Below are positions 27,701 to 35,546 of a stretch of DNA of 64,000 nucleotides, one piece after another (the first letter of the stretch is position 1; each line of letters begins with the position of its first letter). The stretch is from Gammaproteobacteria bacterium. Lineage in GTDB: Bacteria; Pseudomonadota; Gammaproteobacteria; JBCCGL01. The translations under genes were made by a program, and so were the position numbers. The DNA lies in the NCBI GenBank assembly GCA_965277715.1, contig OZ255836.1:352001-416000 (forward strand), written 5' to 3'. The notes below the pieces were generated by a model. The model did no database searches, was not told where the DNA came from, and saw only the letters and a list, made by a program, of their open reading frames with translations.

Positions 27701-29083
27701 ACCGGTGTGGCACAGGCCATTACCATAACGGTGACCGATCTTAACGATACCGCCCCGGTAATAACCAGCGCCAATAGCGCCAGCGTAGCGGAGAACAGCA
27801 CCATCGTATTGACGCTGGTGGCGACTGATGCCGATACCACCGGCGAGGCCACGGTTTTCATCCTGGGCGGTGATGATGCCAGTCTGTTTACCGTTACTGG
27901 CAGTGTATTGGCGTTTACTGCCGCACCGGATTTTGAAACCCCGGTTTGCGGTGGCGATAATGTCTGTACTATCACCGCCACGCCCGGTGATAGCGTCAAT
28001 ACCGGGGTGGCGCAGGCGATCACGATAACGGTGACCGGTCTGCCCACACTTACCCTTGTCGACGCCAGCACTCCAGAGGGAGATACCGGTACCAGCACTG
28101 CGAATATCACTGTCACCCTGGCACAATTTGACCAAAGTGCCGATGTGAGCTTTACCGTGACCGATGGCACGGCCACCTTGACGGACAACGACTACAGCGC
28201 CACCGCCAGCGGCACCTTGAGCTTTACCGGCGGTGCTACCACGGCGACTATTCCCATTACCGTAAATGGTGATACACGCATAGAAACGGATGAAACGGTG
28301 ACGATCACCCTCAGCAACCCGGTCAATGCCGAGCTGGCAGTCGATACCATGGCGACACTCACCATCACCAACGATGACTTCGCCGCCCTCAACGACACCG
28401 GTATTCAATTTGCCGGGGTTTTCCCCAATGGGAACAACAGCAATTGTAGCGATAACCCCGCCACCAACACCGTGCTGGCGCAGCAAGACTGTACCAATGG
28501 CAGAGACGCACAAGCGACAGCGGGCACACTGATAAAAGTCGGCGGTGGTCAAGCCGGTTTTGACTTTACTAAGCTGGGGGGCGACGGCACCCCGCTGACG
28601 ATTCAAAATGCCACCTACAGCGATACTGGCAATGAGGCGAACGGCACCATGTGGTCATGCGTGAGGGATAATCGCACTGGTTTGGTCTGGGAGGTAAAAA
28701 CTGCCGCCAATCGAAACACCACCTACCGTTGGGGTGGCTTGACGGCGGTGGGCCGCACAAGCCTTGATCGCCAAGGCAGCTATTTTGACGACTGGAATAC
28801 TCTGGTAAACACGGCTAACGCCAATACCGGTCTGTGCGGTTTCACCGATTGGCGCGTGCCGAAGCTGTATACCCTGCAAACTATCGTAAATAAAGGCAGG
28901 TTTAACCTCGCTATAGACAGTAGCTATTTTCCCAACATCGGGAGCGGTAGTTTTTATTGGTCTTCTTCCCCGCTGGCCCGGCTTAGTAACAGTGTCTGGT
29001 TTATCGATTTCAATAATGGCAATGATTTTAACTTCAACCGCGATAGCGCCCTAAGGGTTCGATTGGTTCGCGGCGGACAGTAG
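24710..29083 (+). CDS. Large surface lipoprotein adhesin: PKD/Ig-like domains, five cadherin-like repeats, Calx-beta and C-terminal DUF1566 (Lcl-type) domain
   Basis: GGAG RBS before ATG 24710, lipobox LCAC, repeated AGADQTV...W.QT.G PKD units, APVITS...VAEN cadherin units, GDT.IE.DET Calx-beta, LNDTG..QDC..GRD, CVRDNRTGLVWE, DWRVP and YWSSS..VRLVR. Confidence 0.88.
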   Translation: MTTLYPRTLWFFLLPCLLCACDFGASSSPSAPSSRVILGPIVGAQITAVRASSVSTAIETTTTLVSNDLNTAGGFTLSLPGVADSEFILVTVIGGRDIDADGDGTLDATPTPNNGVIRALATAADWRAGVHVTVFTEIQVQQLIGNNLQALQNLTSTAITQSLDTTAQRLLHSDADVNGDGQTNYRDTLQFTPTNNSFPLSVSRNQINQIAQRIRQGESADASQLIDNLISLNVAAGADQTVEPGNTVTLNGSAQSSRTGAILSYAWTQTGGTTLTLNNANSADASFTVPSVSTTQTLIFLLTVADGLGITATDSVRIQVDQQPVPNAHPSVAAGADQTVTEGASVSLSGTATDSDGTIARVQWSQTTGPSVTLNTAESINASFTAPQVDTSGVSLSFTVTATDDNGASSSDSITVTVNDIPPPANIIPVATAQALSVDEDGSVSVTLSGTDADGSVTGFAISAAPANGSLSGTAPNLSYTPNANFNGSDQFTFTVTDNQMAVSSPAMVSITVNSVNDLPTANAGPDQAVGEQTIVALTATASSDSDGTIASYAWVETSGSGITLSNAATATASFTAPTFATDTALTFRLTVTDNQGGVSTDDIAVTVQDVNNQAPVITSANSASVAENTTVVLTLTATDADTTGEATVFTLGGDDASLFTVTGSALAFTAAPDFDTPVCGGDNACTITATPSDGINTGVAQAITITVTDLNDTAPVITSANSASVAENSTIVLTLVATDADTTGEATVFTLGGDDASLFTVTGSVLAFTVAPDFETPVCGGDNACTITATPSDGINTGVAQAITITVTDLNDTAPVITSANSASVAENTTVVLTLTATDADTTGEATVFTLGGDDAGLFTVTGSALAFTAAPDFETPVCGGDNVCTITATPSDGINTGVAQAITITVTDLNDTAPVITSANSASVAENTTVVLTLTATDADTTGEATVFTLGGDDASLFTVTGSVLAFTAAPDFETPVCGGDNVCTITATPSDSVNTGVAQAITITVTDLNDTAPVITSANSASVAENSTIVLTLVATDADTTGEATVFILGGDDASLFTVTGSVLAFTAAPDFETPVCGGDNVCTITATPGDSVNTGVAQAITITVTGLPTLTLVDASTPEGDTGTSTANITVTLAQFDQSADVSFTVTDGTATLTDNDYSATASGTLSFTGGATTATIPITVNGDTRIETDETVTITLSNPVNAELAVDTMATLTITNDDFAALNDTGIQFAGVFPNGNNSNCSDNPATNTVLAQQDCTNGRDAQATAGTLIKVGGGQAGFDFTKLGGDGTPLTIQNATYSDTGNEANGTMWSCVRDNRTGLVWEVKTAANRNTTYRWGGLTAVGRTSLDRQGSYFDDWNTLVNTANANTGLCGFTDWRVPKLYTLQTIVNKGRFNLAIDSSYFPNIGSGSFYWSSSPLARLSNSVWFIDFNNGNDFNFNRDSALRVRLVRGGQ
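26551..28036 (+). repeat. Five near-identical 300-bp tandem units (100-aa cadherin-like domains)
   Basis: Units start at about 26551, 26851, 27151, 27451 and 27751. Confidence 0.95.
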
Positions 29084-29166
29084 TTTTTATTTTTCTTATG
29101 AGTATTTACTTGAGTTGAAAGCAATGCCAGTTGCGTGAATTATTGATTATAAAGTGAGAGAGCACC

Positions 29167-29691
29167 ATGAAAAAAACCCTGTTAACCCCTGTTTTAGTTT
29201 TACTGATTGGCCTTTTTGCGCTGCACCAGGCCGCCATGGCACAAACCATCGTCAGTTATATTGACGATGACTGGCCAAATAGCCGCTATAGCGTGCAAAC
29301 GAATGGCACGGTGATCGATACCGTGACGGGGCTACAGTGGATACAATGCAGCGAAGGAACCAGTGGGAGTGACTGTGCCACCGGCTCGGCAGCAGGCTTA
29401 AATTGGCAGGCCGCGTTGCAACGTGCGCAAAACAGCAATTTCGCAGGTTTTACTGATTGGCGTCTACCGAATGTGGAGGAGTTGCGTTCGATAGCGGCGC
29501 TTAACCGCTTTAACCCCAGTATTAATGCCACGGCTTTTCCTAATACGCTGAGTATATTTTATTGGTCTTCTTCCCCACTGGCCCGCTTTACTGGCGATGT
29601 CTGGGTTATCGATTTCTCTGATGGCAATGATGGCGACAGCGGTTTTCGCATTAGCAGCTTTAGGGTTCGACTGGTGCGCGGCGGACAGTAG
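29167..29691 (+). CDS. Small secreted DUF1566 (Lcl C-terminal-like) protein
   Basis: Signal peptide (AMA/Q), GTVIDTVTGLQW..C..G, WQAAL, DWRLPNVEEL and YWSSS..VRLVRGGQ. Confidence 0.88.
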   Translation: MKKTLLTPVLVLLIGLFALHQAAMAQTIVSYIDDDWPNSRYSVQTNGTVIDTVTGLQWIQCSEGTSGSDCATGSAAGLNWQAALQRAQNSNFAGFTDWRLPNVEELRSIAALNRFNPSINATAFPNTLSIFYWSSSPLARFTGDVWVIDFSDGNDGDSGFRISSFRVRLVRGGQ

Positions 29692-29806
29692 TTTTTTTCT
29701 TTTTTTAACGACGATACCGGGGCGAAGGCGCTGAGGTTGAAGAACGACAATAGAACAGTATCCAATGGTCTAAAGGGATTGGCCACACAGCAGGCAAGGG
29801 AGGGTG

Positions 29807-29908
29807 TTACAGGAACTTAACCAGCGTGGCGACTACAGCGCCCTGGGCCAGTAGTAAGCCTGCCATCCACTTGATGAGGTCCAAACTTAATGGTCTCTAT
29901 CTTTGCGC
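29807..29908 (-). pseudogene. 3' remnant of a DUF1640/CCDC90-like membrane protein gene
   Basis: Minus strand reads (KIETIK)..LDLIKWMAGLLLAQGAVVATLVKFL*, with no 5' part. Confidence 0.55.
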
Positions 29909-30139
29909 CTATTGAGGAATTTAGGTTCAAGCGTAGCCAGTGAAGCTGTGACTCTTAGTGGTTCTCTTTGACGAAACAGGGCCAAATCGTCTTTTCCGCA
30001 GTAGAGTAGACCCACAAGCCAAGGAAGAGAACCGGCTGTATGAAATGCTGTCGCTTGAATGAGAAACACCTTGTTACCCAGTGCGTCAGTGGTAGAATAC
30101 GCGCTCCAAAATTCAGCTCGTTTTAGAGGAACATTGTTA

Positions 30140-30412
30140 ATGTCATGTTTAAGCGCCGCGCAAACGGCAGAGATTATCGACGAATATAAAACCGACTCTA
30201 CGGACACAGGGTCTCCAGAAGTTCAGGTTGCATTGCTGTCCGCCCGTATTACCCACCTGACCGAACACTTCAAACTACATACCCATGACCACCACTCGCG
30301 TCGGGGTTTGATACGCATGGTCAACCAGCGTCGCAAGTTGCTGGATTATCTGAAACGGAAAAATCAGGATCGCTATCAAGACCTGATTAAACGTCTCGGC
30401 CTGCGCCGTTAA
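30140..30412 (+). CDS. rpsO: 30S ribosomal protein S15
   Basis: [21 protein letters not shown] and LGLRR. Confidence 0.97.
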   Translation: MSCLSAAQTAEIIDEYKTDSTDTGSPEVQVALLSARITHLTEHFKLHTHDHHSRRGLIRMVNQRRKLLDYLKRKNQDRYQDLIKRLGLRR

Positions 30413-30436
30413 GCGCGCCAACAGTAGGGAATTCCA

Positions 30437-32536
30437 GTGACTATACATACTAAAACTTTTCAATACGGTGACCACGAGGTCACGATCAAAACCGGCGAAA
30501 TTGCCAGGCAGGCCACTGCCTCTATTGTTGTCAGCATGTCTGATACAGTGGTACTGGTAACTGCAGTGGGGAGAAAGAATGCGGAACCAGGGCGCGATTT
30601 TTTCCCACTCACCATCAACTATCAAGAACGTACTTATGCCGCCGGGAAAATACCCGGCGGTTTTTTTAAGCGCGAAGGTCGGCCAAGTGAGGCTGAAACA
30701 CTGACCTCACGCCTGATCGACCGGCCACTGCGCCCGCTATTTCCCAAGGGTTTCAAAAACGAAGTGCAGATTATCGCGACAGTGATGTCGTTGGATGCTG
30801 AAGTCGATCCCGATATCGTCTCGTTGCTGGGAGCCTCTGCGGCATTGGCCATTTCCGGTTTACCGTTCCAGGGGCCGATTGGTGCAGCACGCGTTGGCTA
30901 TAGCAACGGCGCCTATCAGCTCAACCCAACGCGCAGTGCGCTGGTCAGCTCTGATCTCGATCTGGTGGTTGCAGGTACTGATCAAGCGGTATTAATGGTT
31001 GAGTCGCAAGCGAATATTCTCTCTGAAGAAGTGATGCTCGGTGCGGTTATGTACGGTCATGAGCAGATGCAGGTGGCAATTAATGCCATCAAAGAACTGG
31101 CGGCGGAAGTGAATACGCCTCTGTGGGATTGGCAGGCGGTTGAAGCCAATCAGGTATTGGCAGATGCCGTTGCCAGCGCAATCGGTGACGGCTTACAACA
31201 AGCCTATACCACAGCCGATAAGATGGAGCGCCAGGGTCAGGTGGGCGAGCTGCGCAACCAGGTCGTCGCCGCACTGGCAAACGAAGACAGCGAATGGTCA
31301 GAGGAGGATGTACGCGGTGCATTCTCCAAACTGGAAAAATCACTGGTGCGCAGCCGTGTGCTCGATGGTCACTCGCGTATTGATGGTCGTGATACCAGCA
31401 GTGTACGCCCAATTAGTGTGCAAACCGGTTTGCTGCCACGCACCCACGGTTCAGCGCTGTTTACCCGTGGCGAAACCCAGGCGATTGTCGCCACGACTCT
31501 GGGCACAGGGCGCGATGGCCAGATTATTGATGCGCTGGAAGGCGAGCGTCGTGACAATTTTATGTTGCACTACAACTTCCCCCCTTACTGTGTCGGTGAA
31601 ACCGGTTTTGTCGGTTCACCCAAGCGCCGGGAAATTGGCCATGGAAAACTGGCCAAGCGCGGGGTACAGGCGGTTATGCCTGCTGAAGAGGATTTTCCCT
31701 ATGTTATCCGTGTCGTTTCTGAGATTACTGAATCAAACGGTTCCAGCTCAATGGCCAGTGTTTGTGGTAGCAGCTTATCGATGATGGATGCCGGTGTGCC
31801 TTTGAAAGCACCGGTTGCCGGTATTGCGATGGGTTTGATCAAAGAAGGTGATAAATTTGCCGTATTGTCTGACATTCTGGGTGATGAAGATCACCTCGGT
31901 GATATGGACTTTAAAGTGGCAGGCACCAATGAAGGTATCACCGCCCTGCAGATGGATATCAAAATTGATGGCATTACCGGTGAAATTATGCAGACCGCGC
32001 TGGATCAGGCCAAAGAGGGGCGTATCTATATACTGGGTGAAATGGGCAAAGTGATTTCCTCACCCCGGTCAGAACTGTCTGAGTTTGCACCGCGCTTTAT
32101 CACCGTCAAGATTGACCCGGAAAAAATCGCCGCCGTTATCGGCAAGGGTGGTGCGGTGATTCGTGCCATGACCGAAGAGACCGGCGCCACTATCGATATT
32201 GGTGATGATGGTTTGATCAAGATTGCCTCGGCAGACCGCTCGGCAGGTGAAGAAGCCAAACGCCGCATCGAGCTGATTACGGCTGATGTTGAAGTGGGTT
32301 CTGTCTACGAAGGCAAAGTGCAGAAAATCATGGATTTTGGGGCATTTGTTAACATCCTACCGGGCAAAGACGGTTTAGTGCATATCTCGCAAATCTCTGA
32401 AAAGCGTGTACAGAATGTCACTGATGAACTATCTGAGGGCCAGGTGGTACGTGTCAAAGTACTCGAAGTGGACAGGCAGGGTCGTATCCGGCTCAGCATG
32501 AAAGCACTGCTTGAAGATGCGGCTGCTGTGGGATAA
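30437..32536 (+). CDS. pnp: Polyribonucleotide nucleotidyltransferase
   Basis: [37 protein letters not shown], and KH and S1 domains. Confidence 0.98.
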   Translation: MTIHTKTFQYGDHEVTIKTGEIARQATASIVVSMSDTVVLVTAVGRKNAEPGRDFFPLTINYQERTYAAGKIPGGFFKREGRPSEAETLTSRLIDRPLRPLFPKGFKNEVQIIATVMSLDAEVDPDIVSLLGASAALAISGLPFQGPIGAARVGYSNGAYQLNPTRSALVSSDLDLVVAGTDQAVLMVESQANILSEEVMLGAVMYGHEQMQVAINAIKELAAEVNTPLWDWQAVEANQVLADAVASAIGDGLQQAYTTADKMERQGQVGELRNQVVAALANEDSEWSEEDVRGAFSKLEKSLVRSRVLDGHSRIDGRDTSSVRPISVQTGLLPRTHGSALFTRGETQAIVATTLGTGRDGQIIDALEGERRDNFMLHYNFPPYCVGETGFVGSPKRREIGHGKLAKRGVQAVMPAEEDFPYVIRVVSEITESNGSSSMASVCGSSLSMMDAGVPLKAPVAGIAMGLIKEGDKFAVLSDILGDEDHLGDMDFKVAGTNEGITALQMDIKIDGITGEIMQTALDQAKEGRIYILGEMGKVISSPRSELSEFAPRFITVKIDPEKIAAVIGKGGAVIRAMTEETGATIDIGDDGLIKIASADRSAGEEAKRRIELITADVEVGSVYEGKVQKIMDFGAFVNILPGKDGLVHISQISEKRVQNVTDELSEGQVVRVKVLEVDRQGRIRLSMKALLEDAAAVG

Positions 32537-32567
32537 GCGATTGGATCAAAACGGAAAATAAGAGTAG

Positions 32568-32600
32568 AAAAAAAGGGGGGCTTTAGTCCCTCTTTTTTGT
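32568..32600 (+). terminator. Rho-independent terminator after pnp (bidirectional form)
   Basis: AAAAAAAGGGGGG-CTTTAG-TCCCTCTTTTTT stem with a U tract. Confidence 0.8.
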
Positions 32601-32636
32601 TGAGCTAGTTGGGCTATTTGTTCACAGTTATAAAAA

Positions 32637-33083
32637 ATGAATGACGAAGACTACATGTTGCAGGCTCTGCAATTGGCACAGCAGGCCGAGTTGGCGAGTG
32701 AAGTGCCGGTAGGTGCGCTGGTCGTTTTGGCGGGAGCAGTCATCGGGCAGGGCTGGAACCAACCAATTGGTCAGTGTGACCCCACGGCGCACGCTGAAAT
32801 CGTCGCACTGCGACAGGCTGCACAGCTAATCGACAACTATCGACTGCCAGGCACTACGCTATACGTCACCCTCGAACCCTGTGTAATGTGTATTGGCGCG
32901 CTGGTTCACGCACGCGTTGAACGTCTGGTGTTTGGTGCCCATGAACCACGTTCGGGGGCGGTTTGTAGTGCATTTACCCTCCTGGAACCGCATGCACATA
33001 ATCACTCGGTTGAGGTGGTAGAGGGGGTGTTGGCTGAACAGTGTGCGTCAGTGATGCGCGGGTTTTTCGCCAGGCGCCGTTGA
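32637..33083 (+). CDS. tadA: tRNA adenosine(34) deaminase
   Basis: EVPVGA, DPTAHAE, TLEPCVMC and FF..RR. Confidence 0.95.
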   Translation: MNDEDYMLQALQLAQQAELASEVPVGALVVLAGAVIGQGWNQPIGQCDPTAHAEIVALRQAAQLIDNYRLPGTTLYVTLEPCVMCIGALVHARVERLVFGAHEPRSGAVCSAFTLLEPHAHNHSVEVVEGVLAEQCASVMRGFFARRR

Positions 33084-33085
33084 CA

Positions 33086-33571
33086 TTAATCTGAAGGGTC
33101 ATCCAAACCTGCTTCACCACCAAACAAGCCCAGCGTTAATCCCAAATCTACAGGTGCGAGGCCGGGGAATTCCGCTGCAATCACTTGTTCCAATATCGCA
33201 GGGTAAGATGGTGTACAGGAAATCGTATTGATATTTAGTTCCTGAATCACCTTAATTAAGCTTTTTGTACTGCCCACCCCATAGGGGATTACCATGGCGC
33301 CCGTTGCTTCAAGGCAAGCATGGTCGGTGTATCCACCCATCCGTAACTGATAATTCAGACAGTGAACGACACGGTGTTCGGCGGTAAGCCCGGACGCTTT
33401 TTGTGCTCGTCCGCCAACTGTAGCCGTCATTAGCGCATCGGGCATTGTCAGTGCGAGATTCATCACCGTTCCTGTTGTGCCTGAAGTGCGATGCAGCTTA
33501 ACCACTTTACTGTCCGACACTGCCAGGTAGCTTCCAAACGGTGGGTTGTTACGTTGATCCTGGCGTAGCAT
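33086..33571 (-). pseudogene. Fragment of a phenylacetate-CoA ligase (PaaK-like) family gene
   Basis: HRTSGTTG AMP-binding motif, VIPYGVG, TPSY and FGGEA. Only ~160 aa of a typically >400-aa enzyme, broken at both ends. Confidence 0.75.
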
Positions 33572-33765
33572 TTCCTTAATCTTATCGGCTATCGTTGTGC
33601 CGCATTTGCCCCATAGTGGAATTTAGGTTCAACCCAGCCGAATACGATTAAAATTACTGTGTAAAGATTGGGGCTGTGGAAAGAATCAAGGCGCAAGAAC
33701 CGGGTGGTTTGTGATTTACAACCTCGCTAAATTAGCGCAATTATTTACTGGCAACACGTGACCGT

Positions 33766-34674
33766 ATGACCCAAAAACAACCCCCGAGTATCGACTTGAC
33801 ATCCGGTTTATTGTTGCTTGCACTGGCCACTGTGTGGGGAGGGTCATTTTTCTTCGCCGAAATAGCCCTGAGGGAAGTCCCGCCGTTAACGATTGCTCTT
33901 CATCGTGTCTTCTGGGCTGTCCCGGTGCTGTTTCTCGTTGTCTGGTGGCAGGGCATCAAGATTCCCCGGTCAATTTCAGCGTGGATATGCTACCTGGTGA
34001 TGGGTGCATTGAACAATGCCATTCCATTTTCGCTGATATTTTGGGGGCAGGTGACTATCGATAGTGGCCTTACTTCTATTTTGAACGGCACAACGGCGGT
34101 TTTTGGGGCAGTCGTCGCGGGTGCATTACTTGCCGATGAGCCGCTGACAGCACGTAAAATTATCGGTGCCATATTCGGTGTTTTTGGTGTGGCTGTGATC
34201 ATGGGCCTCAATGCGTTGACCAGTTTCGATCTACACAATCTGGCTCAGCTCGCTATTCTGGGGGCTGCCTTATCCTATGCATTCGCCGGTGTTTGGGGCA
34301 AGCGTTTTCTTTCGCGTTACCCGCCGGTTATGAATGCCTTTGGAATGTTGGTCGGCGGCACTGTTCTCATGCTCCCTGTTGCAATTTTTACTGAAGGGTT
34401 GCCGGTTCTGACACTCTCGACGGAAGTGTGGGCTTCTCTCATCGCTGTCGCAATATTTTCAACCGCCGTGGCTTATCTCCTCTACTTTGAGATTCTTGTG
34501 CGGGCGGGGTCTTCAAACCTTATGCTGGTAACGCTGTTGATTCCACCCATCGCGGTTGGTCTGAGCGTTACATTTCTCGGGGAGGAACTGGAGTATGAAG
34601 CATGGATTGGTTTTGGATTAATCGCTGTCGGTCTCGCCGTGACCGATGGCAGGCTGTTGGATCGGCTACGTTGA
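33766..34674 (+). CDS. DMT/EamA family transporter
   Basis: LATVWGGSF, NNAIPFSL, about 10 TM segments in two repeats. Confidence 0.9.
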   Translation: MTQKQPPSIDLTSGLLLLALATVWGGSFFFAEIALREVPPLTIALHRVFWAVPVLFLVVWWQGIKIPRSISAWICYLVMGALNNAIPFSLIFWGQVTIDSGLTSILNGTTAVFGAVVAGALLADEPLTARKIIGAIFGVFGVAVIMGLNALTSFDLHNLAQLAILGAALSYAFAGVWGKRFLSRYPPVMNAFGMLVGGTVLMLPVAIFTEGLPVLTLSTEVWASLIAVAIFSTAVAYLLYFEILVRAGSSNLMLVTLLIPPIAVGLSVTFLGEELEYEAWIGFGLIAVGLAVTDGRLLDRLR

Positions 34675-34700
34675 CACCGTTAAGATCTCACCCTACCGCC

Positions 34701-35059
34701 TCACGATGTGCATCTCTCATACCTTTTCCTTAAATGCCAGCAGCCCCCACCAAACAGGCGCTCTCCCTCTGGCTCTTTACGCATTTCGAGCACTTCGGGA
34801 ATGCCTTCGGCGTATATCACGCCCTGATCGCTATGGTGGCAAAACAATGGGCCAAAATGACTGACAAAATCGCGCAGTGCGGCGGCGCTGAGTGCTTGTC
34901 CGGGGAGTGCCAATACCAGGTATTGGTCCAATGACTGGTTAATGTAATCAACGAGCTGTTGGCTGGGGTCAGCGCTTAATTGCAGCCCTTTAACCTAAAT
35001 TCTGCACCCAATGCCGGGGTTATCGGTGAGAGGTCACTGGATACACGGGGTTTACACAT
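34701..35059 (-). pseudogene. TauD/TfdA-family dioxygenase 5' fragment, frameshifted and truncated
   Basis: SPITPALGAE / VKGLQL...YLVL..PGQAL...FVSHFG...FGGGCWH, then lost. A 5-bp insertion near 34995-35000 shifts the frame. Confidence 0.7.
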
Positions 35060-35087
35060 TCTTAAAAGTAAAACAGTTCAGGGGTTT

Positions 35088-35372
35088 TTATGCCGGGGCT
35101 GGTGATATATCTTCGGTTGAAATAGTAATGGCCCTGTCTTTATCAAAACCACCCGAGAGGATTTTACGCCTGGCCATTTCCCGAATGTGTAATTGGTTTT
35201 CCATAAAGTACGCCTGCACGTTTTTTTCTTCCTCATCGCTTTGTGCAAAGCTGTTTAGGGTGTGCTCGTCGACCCAGCAAATGTGGGGTTCACCATCGAT
35301 CAGCGCCCAAAACTTCATGGCATTGCGGGCGGCGCTCCATTCGTACTGTTCGTAAAATGTAATTTCTTGCAT
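35088..35372 (-). CDS. DUF1488-like small protein
   Basis: ITF...W.....MKFWALIDG..IC.V....L...F..N...I...A...I pattern. Confidence 0.6.
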   Translation of the reverse strand: MQEITFYEQYEWSAARNAMKFWALIDGEPHICWVDEHTLNSFAQSDEEEKNVQAYFMENQLHIREMARRKILSGGFDKDRAITISTEDISPAPA

Positions 35373-35546
35373 CGTCGTCGCCAGTGTCGATTTGCGTGGC
35401 GCCAATCCTAACAGAGAAAACCAGCAGTGTAACAACGCTTAAATCGTCAAATAATACCCTCTACAACCCGCTAATTTAGCAATATATTTTGTTAATTAAT
35501 AAGTTAAGTCCTATAGTTAAATTCAATTATATAATTGAGAATACCC

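Noticed and set aside
26551-28036. Possible CRISPR array
   Set aside because: Contiguous in-frame 300-bp coding repeats without unique spacers, and no cas genes.
26477-28606. Long antisense ORFs (709 aa and 546 aa) over the adhesin repeats
   Set aside because: Shadow frames: a stop-free 300-bp unit repeated five times, with no recognisable domain.
29924-29940. GGTTCAAG-CGTAGCCA as a degenerate att copy of the tRNA-Met 3' end
   Set aside because: It needs a multi-base gap and overlaps the recurrent IS-end-like motif; likely chance.
29697-30058. DGR template repeat or RT downstream of the DUF1566 genes
   Set aside because: No AAC-rich copy of the cassette and no RT motifs are visible on either strand.
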